A DNA stretch of 63,246 nucleotides, counting the filler, from Choristocarpus tenellus KU-1152 (Eukaryota; Protista; Phaeophyceae), in the NCBI GenBank assembly GCA_964200185.2. It is 15 parts of 15 records of this genome, joined end to end, with 100 filler letters (N's around TTAATTAATTAA, not from the genome) between each part and the next. Parts side by side here need not be neighbours in the genome. Positions count along the whole stretch, not along the records: positions 1 to 9,829 come from CAXNAD020003354.1; positions 9,930 to 13,038 come from CAXNAD020022275.1; positions 13,139 to 15,946 come from CAXNAD020024578.1; 12 more parts are not named here. One strand, given 5' to 3'. Made by a program: the position numbers and the translations under genes. Numbering within the stretch: position 1 is the stretch's first letter; every line of letters starts with the position of its first letter. Positions 1 through 14,639 of the stretch are shown piece after piece. Under the pieces are notes generated by a model. That model worked only from the letters and a program-made list of their open reading frames with translations. It did no database searches and was not told the origin of the DNA.

Positions 1-416
1 CACGGGCTACCAATCCCGACACGTGGGCCCAAATCCCACAAAAAAAGCGAAATTCGAAAAAAGGGTGAAAAACGGACGCTGACACCCCCCCCCAGATACT
101 TTGACCCTGTGTTCATAGTTATCCTTCCAAAATCAAGCCTACACCCAAGAGAGTGCAAGACTGGAGAAAACTACCTAAAAAGAAGCCATAACATGTTTCA
201 AAGCTGTCCAACCTTTCTGAATCACATCTACCCTATTTCACCAACCCTCCTTGAATAATTACCAATTTCTTGGTTTGCTCATATTTAAAACAGAGATTGG
301 TTTTGAGCTGTAGCCAACACCTTTCACGAGCTGCTATTTTGTCACTGATTTGCCTTCCTTGGATCCTTATTAACATTTTAACTTTTAGATCAAATAAAGA
401 AAGAAGTTTGACTCAC

Positions 417-3400
417 ATAAGGCAAAACTTGTTGAAGAGACCGGTGATGCCTGGAGAGGTCATGGAATACCAGTTGTAGTTCTCGTTACCGTAGTAGAAC
501 CCGGATGCCTTGGCGAACTCAACAGTACCTAGAGCACCCATCACCATGATGCAAGGATACATTATTCATAGTCTCATCAATTTATGTTCTTGTGCATCAA
601 TTGAATGTCCCACATTGAACCAGGACTGCTACTGATATAGAGAGCCAAGACTATGCACCGTCCATCAAAAAAATAAGATGTATCTTCTAAACTTGAAATC
701 GTAAAAAGAAAACAAAAACTTATTCTGCAATGACAGGATGACCATGTAGTATAAAGGTTCTGAATATTCCTCTATTTCCTTCCCACGTCTGCCCAAACAC
801 AATCATACAAACAACTTCTTGCAGCTGCTCCAATTCCTCACCTCTGTCTTCGATAATGCAATCCGAAATTCCGATGTTGTCACGAATTAGGTGGGTCAAG
901 GTGTGCGATTGCCAGTGGAACTTTGTCTTGATCTCGGTAGTCAACATGGCAGAGAAAAGATCATCCGAGGCCCAGAGCCCGGCCTCAAACTCCTCCTGCA
1001 TGCCAGGGACTGCAGTCGACAGCCATGTCGTAGAATGCTGAGGTGGGACTCCTGCAGCAGGTATAACACATAGCCCCAAGGGAAACGATGAAAATGTTAT
1101 GGTTTGCAATGGACAGACACTGTGTTACTCCTACGGAGAGGAGAAGTTTCGATCATTTTTGTGCAACCATACACATGATGAGAAGAACATTGTGCATGAG
1201 GTTGTAAGGCACAAGATATAACTTGAAGCAGCTCATGTGATTTGGACGTGCTGCTATTAGATATATAGAGAGATGGATACTGTTTCTTTGCCTATTTGGA
1301 GCACGAGTTTATGTTCTATTTCGGTTGGAAATCATATTCATTTGCGGCAACCCATTGCATTATATTAATTAGCAGGGTCAGTTTGAGGCAGTGTACATTC
1401 AACAATGCAGACCTCTAAGCTATTACCAAGAGTGTAGATCCACTGCAACTATGTAGACCTCCAAGTTGTTACAAAAAGCGTAGTCCCAGGGCAAAGGGTC
1501 AGATAAATGGAACAAAATCACCACATTAACTAGTCAAACACTATAAATGATCCAAAACTCTTACTGAAACAAAAACAAAAAATGGGGAAAAACATCCGTT
1601 CCATAGTTCAACAGGAGAGAAGTAAACATTGGTGACATTGTGTTACCATCCAAGACATCCTCACCATCTCCATGAACTTTTTCTCCCTTTGTCAGGTTCC
1701 CAATGTTGATATTATCAACAAACAGCGCATACGAAGAATTGACCTATTATTGAGAGACGAAGGGAAAAAAGAAGAGGTAGGAGTACTGAGGATCAACACA
1801 AATACTGCAGAATTTCAGTTTAAAAAATGTGGAGGAAGTAGTACTGAGGAATTAAAATATCAAGAGAAACAAAGAAAAAGAAAATATACTTGATGTTTCA
1901 AAAATATTGGACAACTGTGCATAAGTCCGACATCAAAAGCAAAAAGTTGCCAGAATAATTTCAAATAGATGTGTCATAGGCACGCTGAGAAGCTGACAAT
2001 GACAAATGGCGTTCAAATTGTACTGTATTTCAATTCAGCCAAAAACAATGCATCACCTTCTGAAGAACACCATTTGCATTGAAAGCAAACTCGGTGATCA
2101 CATCGGATCCATACTTCTCGTTGAGGGAGTCCTGAAATGCCGCAAAGGTTGCAAAATCTGCTCCGGACATTCGTCCCTCCTCCTGATTAGGCCAGCGAGC
2201 GATGGAAAAGGCGCATAGTGATCGTGAGGAAAAAGTAGGAAATGGGTAAATTTCGAAGTGTCACTAGTGCAGGCTGCTGAGTGAGGCCACATATTTCAAA
2301 AATGTTGGTAAGGACTATCCTTCAAGTTAATATCCAAACAGATGAATGGTCAAGCGCTCCTGCGGCTGGCGCTTAGTCTTCTGGATAGTAAGTACTCTTC
2401 GAAGTACTGAGAATGCAACAACTATACGAGAAATGCAACCAACAAGTTTGTTGGTCACTTTGTTATTCATGTACACTTGAAAGGTCACAGTTACAATATA
2501 GAACAGCACAAAACTTACCCACTTCAGCTAAGTAACACCAGCAAATTATTTTCTTACCTCTGACGTGTTGTCATCACCATTATACTCCCAGGAGTTTGTG
2601 CTGAGGAGAAGGTCATCGACCACTGGGCCCAAGTAGTAGCGTCTTTCGCCCTAAAGCAATACACGATTGAGGTTAGGTTTCATTTGTGCTACTCTGTTAT
2701 TGATTGTTGCGTAGTGGCAGAACTGCAAAGATAACACGGAAGGATGGTTGGGATCTGAGTCCTTCGAAAAGTGCATTTATTTGAAGCTAGGGTTTCCAAA
2801 CCGAATCTAATACTTCTCCTGACAATACACATCCAATCCAAGTGGATGGGATGTGAACACTGCTGCTCTCTATCAAATACAATACATTACATTGCATTCA
2901 AGGGGACTCACTCCACAGAATGGGGTATAAATCAGAACATGTCGCCCCCATTTCCATCACTGGCCTACTCTAACTCATACAGCTGGGAATTGACATCTAA
3001 CACCATTTTCTCACCTGAAACACACCCTTCGTCGCCCATTCGGCACAGAAGTTTGCCCAGGCCCATGAGCCTGTGTCAAACCACGCAATGCTGAAAAAGA
3101 CATAGAGCTCTACAAGGCCATCAGTTCCGATCCATTCTACCCCAGCCGCGGACGGGAAGCCCTCTCCGCTCTGGAGTAGAGTACCAGAGGCATCCGCATA
3201 CCTTGGAAAGCAAGGTACAGAGTAAAAAAATGACCAAATATTACAGTCCACCCAGTCTTCAAGGTGTTCTCGATTCACTTTTGCAGATCACAACTTTGTG
3301 AGAGATGCAATTATTGCTTTCCAATAAATTGTGGGTCTAATGGTGGCAGGTAGGAGCAAGTGTCTCTTGGTCTTGTCATGGATTAAATTCGACTTATACT

Positions 3401-6301
3401 GGAATGTTTGCAATTGGTGTTGGTATAGCGAGGCCTTTCCCTGAGTCGAGGTTTAACTGTGTGGTGTGCGTTTAAATCAACAAGTCCTGTAGTACGCCTA
3501 AATATAGAACTTCACTCTTGTCTACTACTACTATTTAGTATAAAGCACCACATCAATCGAGTATATCATCAATTAAAAAAAATACTACAAACGAACATGC
3601 TGAATAGTATTCTCATACCACAGAGTTTGGCTACAACCAGTACTGTCAAGTGCACTAAGTGTATTCGTACAACTTCATACCCCTGAACGATGTAACACAA
3701 CAGGATGTCTTGCTTTACTGGGCAGCTTACAAAGCTCGGCTACTTCCAGGCGAAATTCACATTCCAAAACTTTGAACCCAGGGTAGGACACACTGACACT
3801 GAAACCATTATTACTCACGATACTACAATGGTTGCTGTTCCACCATCAAATGTCGATCGCCATTGGTGAAGTGGTCTGGCGACCAAGTTGTTGGTCTGGG
3901 GGTTGGTCTGCATGTCTTCTTTGCAAATGCTGCACATAGCATTGCCAGTCCCTGCACAAAAATATCCAAGCATTCAATCTTTGTAAACAACCAAAACTAA
4001 TTGCATCGTAGGTGAGTGAAGAACATTAGGTGAGAGTGCCCTCGTAGCTCAGTGGTGGTCTACCAGCTTGTGTGAAAGTAGCAGATGGTAAAGTTGAAAG
4101 TGTATTCTCTATACAATTGCCATCCTATATACCATATACTTGGAGCAATTGATGACCACTGCTACACTGACTTCTAAATTTTAATCATTCTGTTGTGGCT
4201 ACTACGTCCACCTCCCGCTGTTCTCAATACAGCAATCCCACTTCACCGTATCAAGTTTCAACTTGATTACCCTGTAACCAGAACTCAAATGCTATCATAG
4301 ATGCTTCTCTTCAGGGATTGATCCACTTTATTACTCACTGGTCAGCTTAAGACCCTCAGGAATTGGGGTTTCCGTTGAGTACAATGGTTCCGAAAAGTAC
4401 TGGGCGATTCCCAATCTCTCGGTCACTTCAACGTCATTTGCAGTGTCTGCAGAATCGAAATACACGATCCTAACCTAAGCAGGAGGCGACGTCAGTGGGA
4501 CCTCCAGCAGATTAATTAACAATCGGACAAGCATGCAGTTTGATTCTGTATGCACACAAATGGCAAACTATTCACATTTCTCTTTTCTTCTACATCTTAC
4601 CGAGAATGTCCTGGCATATGCCTGAAGCTGTGCCTTCTGTTCGACTGTTAGAGCAATACCCACGAAAATGGAGTCACATTTTCCCGACTCGTCAGCGTTA
4701 GTCAAGCTCAAGGTGCCTGTGGGGTCTATTATTACCTCCTTTACATTTGAGAGACAAGGGGGTGGAAGGGGTACAATTGAAACATTGAGTACGTCGTTCA
4801 TTGGCTAGTGAAAAGAAGGAATACTGGGCAGGACAACTGTCTCGTTCGTGCTATTAAAAAGCGTGGTGATTCATGGACTGAATCTTTGTGCAATCCTCCA
4901 TGATGGACACACACACCCTTCTGACCAACAACCCCTTTTGTTTGGGGGCATTTCTATAGATTGACTACTCTAATCACCTTTGGCTTCGATAATGGCTTGT
5001 TCCTATCCACCATATCATCCATTCAATCTCAAAATCCCGTTCGCTTGGGGGTGGTATGTGACCCTTAAGTCACTTCCAAATTGTGTACTACACGAGCAGG
5101 TTGAAGACGCGATTGTACTTAACGCTCGGAACGGGTCATCTCAATAGCACAACTGAGCCAATCAACCGCAGCTTTGGATGGCAGTTTCTCCATACGTCAT
5201 GAACCTCATTGGTTGGAGCTCTCGGAAACCTCAGACAAGGAGTGAGTGGAGCTTGAGCTTGTTATCATAAATCTTGTACATACTGTCCAAAGGTCAGAGA
5301 AGCAATGTATGACATGGTCTAAATTCTGATGACCTCCAATGCACCTCCGAGGTTTGTGAGAGTTGCAATGAGGTTCATGGTGTGTAGAGGAGACGTCATC
5401 GAAGGACGGGGTCAACTGGCTGGACCATTATCGAGAACAGTACGTCCTAAGCGTGAAGGATAGTCGCGGCCCTACCTTGCCCGTGTAGCGCACAGTATTG
5501 AAAGAGTTTCGAGCGCAAGATGCACTTTCCCAACAATTACCGAAGGTTGCAATTGGATATGGCGCTATATTGGAATGCTACAAAGTCTCTGAGGGTGATT
5601 GGATCGTCCGTTCTTTAGAACTCCTCAAGACAAACAAGGGATTCTTAAGGGAGATGACATTAGTGAGGATTGCATCATATTATATCCTCTTCTCAAGGTA
5701 AGAACAAGCAACACAATATACATATATATACAGGATGAGGACCATGGCTGTTCAACTACTCTGAAACACTTGAAGCAAAGAAACAGTCCTCTACAGGCAC
5801 CGATTTCCTACCTGAGAAGCAGACCAGAAACCCTTGTACCACTGGGACATGACATAGACCTCTGACACACCCGCAACGTCTGGAATCTGCCAGAATATTC
5901 GAAGTTTTGCATGATAAACAGGAGATAGGAGATAGGAGATACCCAAAGTGGTCATGTGATAAGGGCGACTTAAACACAGAACGTTATCAACCTAGGTAGC
6001 TGATTGCTGCCTTAGGCATGCTACTTGAAGTGACGCACGGGGATGTTGGCAGTCATCTAGCATCTTCCTACATTCCTGTTCCGGCGCGCTTAGTACAAGT
6101 GGTGTAGACTTTCAATAGAGAGGGACATCAAATCGAGGGCTTTGCTTGTATCCTTGACCTCATCCGAAGCTCAGAGACTTCCCTTACCAGTTCACTAGCT
6201 GCGAGGATGCACGGCTGCAGATCCACAGACAACTGTCCCAGCACACCATACGATAACAGGGTCATGGCTGCAAAACTCATCCACAAGAAGAGAGGAAACA
6301 T
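417..6301 (-). CDS. Secreted Agd3-like (CE18-type) polysaccharide deacetylase, 11 exons, 3'-truncated by contig start
   Basis: Phase-compatible GT-AG exons on the minus strand: 6188-6301 (MFPLFLWMSFAAMTLLSYGVLG.., signal-peptide-like), 5476-5577 (least certain), 4601-4738 (ALTVEQKAQLQAYARTFS), 4339-4474 (VRIVYFD), 3819-3951, 3015-3201 (WAWANFCAEWATKGVFQ), 2558-2650 (GERRYYLGPVVDDLLL), 2057-2182 (EFAFNANG), 1665-1743, 842-1051 (FHWQSHTLTH), 417-528 (MTSPGITGLFN). Motif order matches the Agd3 pattern W-x-T-x-G..RR..VDD / NxNG / SHTxTH / P-x-ITGL-x-N. Confidence 0.8.
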
Positions 6302-7708
6302 GGGTAACCTCGGCAATCGCCTCCTAATGAAAGTTAATCGTTGCTCTTCTTCCCCTTTGTTAACAATTTGAGCGATTTGAGGACGAGGCCACCTGACCCT
6401 CGCTCTCCCCCACCTCCTCGGATAGCATTCCCAGTTGCGGATTGGGTGGAGTGCAAGGGTATGGCGTGGTGTGGGGTGTTGTGGGGACATGATGCGGAAG
6501 GATTATGTAGACTATATACTGTAATTTTTCTATACTTAGATAATTACCGATTTCTGAATATTTCTGACTCTAACCACAAAGAATCGATATATTTATAAAT
6601 AGAAAATATTTTGTAGTATGGTACTTGTCTTGGTAATAGATTTGAGGATAATGTTGTAACTTCACTACTAGTGTTGTGACTTAGTTTCGGTTTTTCCTTC
6701 ACACATCCATTATAAAGTAAAATGTCACAAGGCACAACCATGAGTATTTATTGTTGTGGAGTGGAGTGAAGGCATTGAATTAGTCTAGAAATATCTTATT
6801 TGGGAACTGTAGACACACCGAATACAGACCCTGAACGAAGTCTATCTTCTTTACTTGGTTTTTGGCGTAAGATACTCAACCACTTTTGGGGTGAGATGCA
6901 GATTGCATATCGCTACACGTAGAGGGGTGGACATTTACTGGAGGGGAACTATCTTAGATCCCCAACCCTCTCTCTTTAACCCCAACATAGATATATTGTG
7001 GTGGAACTTCATTTTGTGAAATTATTTTGTGAAACACAACAATAATAGAGGGGATAGATATTGTAGGATGCGGTTTGTTTTTGTGGTCTTGAGTACTAGG
7101 GTTGTGACTTGTGATGCGTTCATGATTTGTTTAGAATTCCCTGTTATCCACTGCGAACGCGAAGTAAGTCACAGCCCCACACCTACCCACGAACATTTTA
7201 CTCAACCACTCAGTGCTGTATGTGTGGCAAAGGTTGTGAATGTTCACATGATGAGTAGGCACGTAGACAGGATATAAGGAACTATATATATAAGAAGACT
7301 AAGAAGAGCTAAACCAGTTGAGAGGTAGGCAGGTTTGGAATCTTCTGCATTCTAACCCACACTTCTTGCCCTGTGCAATACACTCGCTTGATTGTTTTAT
7401 ATGAGCGCAAAATCGATACTCCCCCTTTCCATACACAAAGTGATACCAGAATCCAGCAAAACTCCCCAGTTGTACAAAGCGGCATATTTTTGCACTTTCA
7501 CTGGATCCTTAAAATGCAACCCTGCCTACCTCCTTTGAGTTCGAGTTTGACTCAGAAGTGCTGCATAGTACAAGTAGTGAGGTTTTTTAAAGACATGTTT
7601 GAGTAAAATTAACCTATGTGCACACCTTACAACATACTTAAATAACATGATGTGAATTTGAAAACTATTTGTTCTCCAAATTGTAGGGACAAGAGTTCGT
7701 CGTACTTC

Positions 7709-8139
7709 GAGTCAAAGTAAGCGTGAGGTACCCAGAGTTGCATTTTGAGGATCTCCACAAATATGTGCAATATTAGACTTTTTTACAAATAATGTGTGTA
7801 GGATATTTTCCGAATTATGTCGAAATCTTCAAAAAAATACACAAATAAATCCTCTCAAGTCAAACTTAGCACTTCATCTTTTGCAACATTGACTACTCGC
7901 GCTACCCACGTCTCCCACCCCTCCCCGCCGCTTACCGACTAAATCGAAACTGAAACAGAGAGGGATCGAGGCCGTGACCAGACGTGGCCGCGTGCACAAG
8001 TCGAACTCCCACGTCGCCCAGTTGAGAGCATGTCGGGGGGGGTGTGTGGATAGAAATATGGGTGAATTGCGAAAGATTGAAGAACTGGTTCAAAATGCAA
8101 AAGGGGAAAAAAGTGGGTACCTCTCGTTTGCTTTGACTC
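7709..8139. mobile_element. MITE family C (431 bp), TIR GAGTCAAAGTAAGCGTGAGGTACCCA
   Basis: Left TIR at 7709 matches the reverse complement of the right end (gagtcaaagcaaacgagaggtaccca) ending at 8139. Both flanks are TTC (3-bp duplication). Related degenerate ends lie near 7504-7540 and 10170-10219. Confidence 0.75.
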
Positions 8140-9829
8140 TTCCTCGACCTCTATGCCCTACTCCCCTTGATGGGGCATCAGTCATTATCAAAATGGAAAG
8201 ACGCCGCCTAAAATTCTGGGTGCATGAACTATGTCGAAGTTGTGGTAGTTGTGTAGTGGGGCAAGTTCCCACCGATCATCCCCTAGCCCCTCCCTGTGCT
8301 TACAGGGCGTTATATCGTTATTTGCATCACATGATTATTTATGGATGATACCGACCTGTGGTCAGAACCACTACACACATTCCACTACTCCTTCTCATGC
8401 TATCTTCTACTGACTGGTGACTGGCTATTGGACCCCCTCCTTTCATAAATGGAACGGTAGATAAAACCACTGTTGCAACATTCGTAACACAGGAGGGGAA
8501 TATCATGAACATAAGATTGTTGAGGGGTACAACCATGACGTATGATTTACAAGTGTTACTTTTTTTGGTGGTTCTGACATTTGAGCGGTTCTTCATTGGC
8601 TTTTCCCCTGACACATCATCTCCAAAATGTCATGGGACATAATAATATTATATAAAAATTAAAATACTTTGTAGCAATTTTTGAATCTTTCTATTTCATA
8701 AATATTAATAGAACAATTTCGATCTTATCTGTTCAAGTAGGGATACTAACCAACGATCTCATTTCCCATTTCATAATTCCACAATCAAGAGAAAAGAACA
8801 AAAACAATACAATATTTAATTAATTGACTATATCCCTTATGTGTGAACTACCTTCGAATATAGACAAATGATCATAAATACATACTTATTCCCTAAGAAA
8901 ATATGTATGTCGTCTATTTAGTCCCTTTCAATTTCTACAGCCAGTTCTGTCATAGATACAGCGCATGTAGGAGCTCGAATCTTCGTGTGTGGTTGGGAGT
9001 CTTCCACAATCTATCTTCAAAGAACACACAAAATCTCATGTTTGTCTTTCACTTCCAATCTCTCATTATTCCCCTAGATATTGCATCTTATCACCTCAAA
9101 AAAAAAAACTCCGCCGATATAAGCCCTTCAGACTCATAAATCTCCCTTGGTTACAAATCAATTGAACAATTGACTAGTATCACATATTGAGATTTCTTAG
9201 AAATTGAATAAATTGCCAAGCTGTTCAGTAACTGGGAACAAACTTGAAATTTGCCACGTATAGTGTACTTCGTTGTTGGTATGAACGCTGTTGACCCACT
9301 AATACTGCAACTAAAACTACATCCATGACGAAGACACTGCAATATGTAGTAAATATCGAATGGATAAGGATTTTGTCTCATCCGAATTTATATTATTTCC
9401 TCCGCTTTTTTCTTGGCGTATTGTTTAAAAGTCCGTGTTTGTTTGTTGTGGGCACCTATAGTGTTGGCAGTCGCCTCCTGCATCAACTTTGTCGTGCCAT
9501 AACTTTTGATCAACATTTTTTTTCATGAAAATTCGTTTGATGTAACCGCACCAGCATGCTTAACCTTGTGTAATGGGTATCGGTTGGTCAACTTGCAGTA
9601 ATCGTGAGAAATACAAGACCACACTTGAGTCAAGTAGTCCACGCACGCGGTTCGCGCGGGTGTGCCACCTGGCGCGCGCGAACAGCGAATTTAAGGATGA
9701 TTTTGACGCCAGAAGAGGCCATCTCCACCCGGAGAACATGGACGTTGTTGTCTCCCCATTCTCTTTCCATTATTTCCCATTTATGCGATGTTGTCACCTG
9801 GTGACTAAGGCTCACTCATGGGGGCCCAG

Positions 9830-9929
9830 NNNNNNNNNNNNNNNNNNNNNNNNNNNNNNNNNNNNNNNNNNNNTTAATTAATTAANNNNNNNNNNNNNNN
9901 NNNNNNNNNNNNNNNNNNNNNNNNNNNNN
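9830..9929. other. Artificial contig linker (N44-TTAATTAATTAA-N44); first of 14
   Basis: Identical 100-bp spacers start at 9830, 13039, 15947, 19807, 24724, 28674, 32369, 36780, 40078, 45246, 48311, 52878, 55809 and 58989. The core has stops in all six frames. Confidence 0.99.
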
Positions 9930-10037
9930 ACTCGTAAACATTTTGGAGTGGGAAAATACCATAAAATAACCCATGGGAAGGCAAGCCCCAAATGGACAAA
10001 AAGGGCAAAACTCGTACCCTCTAAGATACTTTCGCTC
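9930..10037 (+). mobile_element. MITE family A, right-end fragment
   Basis: Ends in ..aaactcgtaccctctaagatactttcgctc, as in the full copies; truncated by the contig start. Confidence 0.85.
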
Positions 10038-12001
10038 AGTACTTGAATATTTTTCCATGAGTTCTGTCAAAACCTCAAGCTACAGAGAATACATGCTCTC
10101 AGGTCAAACTTAGCAATTTATTCATAAGAATGTGTGGGGGTGAATGGAAAATAATTGAAAATAACTTACTTCAAATGCCAAACGACCGAAACCTGGGTAC
10201 CTCTTGCTTACTTTGAACCTTTACTCAACAGACTATCCGTAAAGTGAGTACGTAGTACCTTTGCCCTATGATGTGGTGTACGCAAGCAGTGGTCTGCTCT
10301 GAAGGATGGACAAACAAATAATATTGACTGATCACCAGCAAGAGATATGACAAGCTTTGGATTAGGTCCGAGCATTACACAGGTTATGTGCGTGGAGATT
10401 CCTGAAGTGGATGGATGTATCTACCAAATGCACAAAACGTCATTGAAAAAACTCCATCATGAAAACATAAACAAGGATGAGATATTGTAGGCAAGCATGG
10501 GAAACATGTTTCTGCCGGTGTGTGTACAGCCTGCCTTGATTAAGATCTGGTTTCAAATCCTTTGAGTTAAAGCCGTACCACTCTCAGAATTGCCCTGGGT
10601 ATCGAGGACTAGGAACCTAACCTAACCCAACATGTGAGCAACCTGTGGGACTTCCCTCACAACCGGAGGACAATCTCAAATCCAACCATCTGCCAGAGAG
10701 ACACCACTGAAATCCATACTCCAGGTACCTGAGTGCTAAGCAAAAGACACCAGATTCCAATATTCTACCTCTATCTGCAATCATGTGCCTTGTTGTCCGC
10801 CCCCAGAAATGGAGCTATTTGTTTGGGTATGGTATCACAATCAAAGATGCCCCAGAAAGGTATACCCCTTCCTCTCTTTGGGCTGACCGTTGAACCAGGT
10901 GTGTAGATGCTGGGCGGATGAGGTCGTCGATTTTGTGCCAGACTACGGGTTTCAGCTGGCATTGCGGCAGCCTGTGCGGGTGCTGAGCCACCCCTACTTT
11001 TTCTTCTTGTTGGCCATAGATAAGTGTCAGCATGACGTCAGGTGTGTACAAGCTACTAGAGGAGCTAGCGTGGTGATGTACATGGTACTACGCGGGAGTA
11101 TGTTAATATTAACATACCACGCAGTAAATTATTGTTTGCATGTTAATGCCTCACATTGCCTGTTCCTTTCAAGTCAGCTAAGTTGAAAAATGAAGCGAAC
11201 AATTGTGTAGTGATGCAATGACCCCGAAGAAATAGTGAAGGTGATGGGATAATATCCAAACCCTGTGGCATACTACAGCGTGGCTAATAATCTTTAGTTC
11301 TTTGGGGGGTAAAGCGGTGGTATTAGGATAGGGTGTGGTGCATGACCTCTTCATTGTCGATGAAAAATAATATACAGGTCGACATTTGATGGGGGGAACA
11401 TGTAACAGCCAATACAAGGAGATGTCCACAGATCTAATGAAAGCTCAGAGATCGGACCCATACGTGCACACGTTGGATAGATCTATTCAATCCATTCAAC
11501 AGACGGACACAGACGGAAGTGCAAGTATTAGGAGCGGTTTGAGATGCAAAGTACTCCACATGCACTTTTATTTTCTTCATCAGTCAATGCCTGACCTGGG
11601 ATGATTAGATAATGTTGTTGGCAGCAGCAGGAAACAAGGGTGTGGAACAACGGCCATTTATTAGAATGACAAGTGATATAGATATATGGAGGGGTCACCC
11701 CAGAGTAGTATTAGAATGACAAGTGATCTCAACATTTACAATTGAGGAACTTCCAAAAGCAGCAAGAAAAATTGAGGAAATTTTGTGTGTGTATTGACCA
11801 CAATAAACCAGGTTATTGAGGAGAAATAGTGGCATACACCACCAGACTCTATCAATTCAATACCAGGAGTCAGCTACATCACATATCTACACCAAATTTG
11901 CAAAGGTGGTGGATGTGGAATACATCGAAAGCAAGGTTAGCATCTATGATGGGTATTTTGCATGTTTCGCCCTTCGTACTATAATTTTCCTTTACGCATC
12001 T

Positions 12002-12260
12002 GAGCCAAAGTATCTTAGAGGGTAGAGCCGCGTCCATTTGGGGGTCAAAATCCAATGTTGTAATTTCGATGTAATTTTTGCTATCGTGTTTGTTAGGAAA
12101 TATCAATATCCTTGTTCCGGACACACCTTTTCATGACGTATATATTTTACCTACTCCTAAATATTTTGGAGTAGGAAAATGTCATAAAAAACCCCGAGGG
12201 AAGCCAAGCCCCAAATGGACAAACAGGGCAAAACTCGTACCCTCTAAGATACTTTCACTC
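12002..12260 (+). mobile_element. MITE family A (~260 bp), full copy
   Basis: TIRs GAGCCAAAGTATCTTAGAGGGTA / TACCCTCTAAGATACTTTCACTC; ATCT on both flanks; internal hairpin (ttttacctactcc..ggagtaggaaaa). Confidence 0.92.
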
Positions 12261-13433
12261 ATCTCTTATTTGTAGCTTCAGCAAGATGTGTATTCTGGAA
12301 GAGTAACATATCTGGAGTTGTTTGATTCATGGTCATTGCAATATGCTAAAAGAGTAGTAGTAATAGCAAGTCGATCTTACACTCTACGACTAAGATGGAC
12401 ACCTCACAATGATTCAGGACTTCTCAGAAGATTACGCAAGATAATCTAACGCACAACCTTACCAATAGAGGGAACTCAACATGTCCATGCGCAGGATATC
12501 TGCATCCTTGATATGCATAGGTACATGCCTTGTAGCGTACATACTCAGAGTTTGAATGTCATACGCCTATGTAACCGTTTTGTGTATGTATTCTATGCCA
12601 TACCATCGGGCCACCTGTTAAAGTTGTTCTAGTAACCGAACCCTGGAAATTGTTACGCCTAATTGATATTTTGTTTCCTATCCTCCACAGGAATAAGTAT
12701 TTCTGGATTATAAAGGAAAAATGGAATGGTTTGGAGTATTGTATGTGTAACGTACTAGAATCTGGTTTGAGAGGATAGCAGGAGGAGAGAAGGAGACTCT
12801 TGCATCGTGAGAGAGAGGGGGGGGTTGAGATGACAGAATTATAATCACATTCAAATATGTAGCTTTTCTCTCACAATCCAATCCATTTCGTCCATCAACC
12901 TATGACCATGCAACTGGACTAACAATGGTACTGCTTGTAGTGCCTCTTCTTATCAACTATCTCCAAAGGGTCCTGTTGCTCACATAACTCCTCCCTCCAC
13001 TGAGGCAGCTAGCTATGGTTTCAACTTGAGTGATACCCNNNNNNNNNNNNNNNNNNNNNNNNNNNNNNNNNNNNNNNNNNNNTTAATTAATTAANNNNNN
13101 NNNNNNNNNNNNNNNNNNNNNNNNNNNNNNNNNNNNNNCTGTCCGTGAACGAAAACAAAGCAGTTGAACAAAAAAAAACGGGGAGTGTTTTGCCCAGCTT
13201 GCCCATTCGGGGCTTGATGAATTATTGTAAAATACCCCAGTTTAATGCCCATTGCACTGGTGGTTTTCCTTTGGATTTGGTCCTGACAGGGGTATAGAAA
13301 AGGAAGGTGCAGTTAGATGAAGGAAACTACCTTTACATCTGACACATTCACTCATCGACATGGAAATAGCTACAGGGTCCCACATGCCCCCAAATGGACG
13401 CATGTCCCCCCTCTAAGGTGCGATGGGTCAACA

Positions 13434-13469
13434 GAGAAGAGAAGAGAAGAGAAGAGAAGAGAAGAGAAG
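13434..13469 (+). repeat. (GAGAA)n pentanucleotide microsatellite
   Basis: About 7 perfect units, read directly. Confidence 0.9.
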
Positions 13470-14639
13470 GAAAGAAAAAGAAAGGAATAATAAGAAGAAA
13501 ACAGAAGAACAACAGAAACCCTGAAAAACCCATCCAAACAGAGAATTCGATGAGATAAACAGCATTCAGCAGACAGTGGTGGTGCTGGTGTTAGTGACAT
13601 GAGTGATCTTAGCTGCTGCTTTGGCATGATGAATATTAGTTATCATAGTGTCCATGGAATGCCACTCTGCCCTAATGCTCATTGTACAGTTAGTCATACA
13701 CTCATCATACCGCTACTGCTATTATTTAGTGACCCAATCACTCCACCCATCAACGGCAATCCAAACCTATCAAGGCCGCCTTGGAGGCACATCCATCAGC
13801 AGTTCTTCTCGTGTCCAACTATTTCCGTTTTCCACCTGAAAGTCCCCAAAGCATCAATACCTAGGGAAGTCACTCATCACCAGCATACATGCAACCGATC
13901 CAGCAAATAGGAGAGCCTGCATTCGCACACTTTTAGTTCAATCCTCTCATACCCAATCTCCACGAGAGGACTTATCTCTGTGGGACAGGGCACCATGACT
14001 AAGAGGCGGAGTATGCCCAGAGCTGACATGCCAAGCACAATGGGGAAGCATGAAGTGTGCCATACCTATAAACAGTTCAACCACAGGAACTGATCTATGA
14101 TGGCTTGTAAGGACTCCACCCCACGTTGGGGCTTACAGATCTGTTATTTGTTTAAGGAGTGAGCATAGTTCCTGTCGAGAACCACTTGACCATTTGTGAG
14201 AACAATATTCGAAGTAATATTTTATTTACGTACAGACAATGATGCAGGACATCAATGATATTTATTTAGGGTATTTGACCAGAAGAAATTGGCGGAATGT
14301 TAGAGTCGGAGTGTTTCTGACGTGTGCTCGAGAATTGTTAAGCCATTTGGTATTCTGAGGCATTTGCAGTAAGGTTTGGTGAGCCCCATCTAGTGATGGT
14401 GTCTCACTCTCTTCTCAACTGTGATACAGGCAAATAAACAATAATATAACTGGTTGTGTGGGAGAACAGATCGTCAAGGACAGGTTACCACATATGCTCC
14501 AAACATTAAAAAAAATGCAAATGTCTCAGATATGTTAGGAAAACCCTCCATGCTGTGTCTACATCACCCCCAGAGCCAAGCATGCTACCCAATAGTAGCA
14601 AAACTGCCAGCTCAACAAAGAACAGATACAATATCCATC

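Noticed and set aside
9874-9885. Recurrent TTAATTAATTAA palindrome as a biological motif or piggyBac target
   Set aside because: Always centred in identical N-padded 100-bp spacers, so it is an artificial linker.
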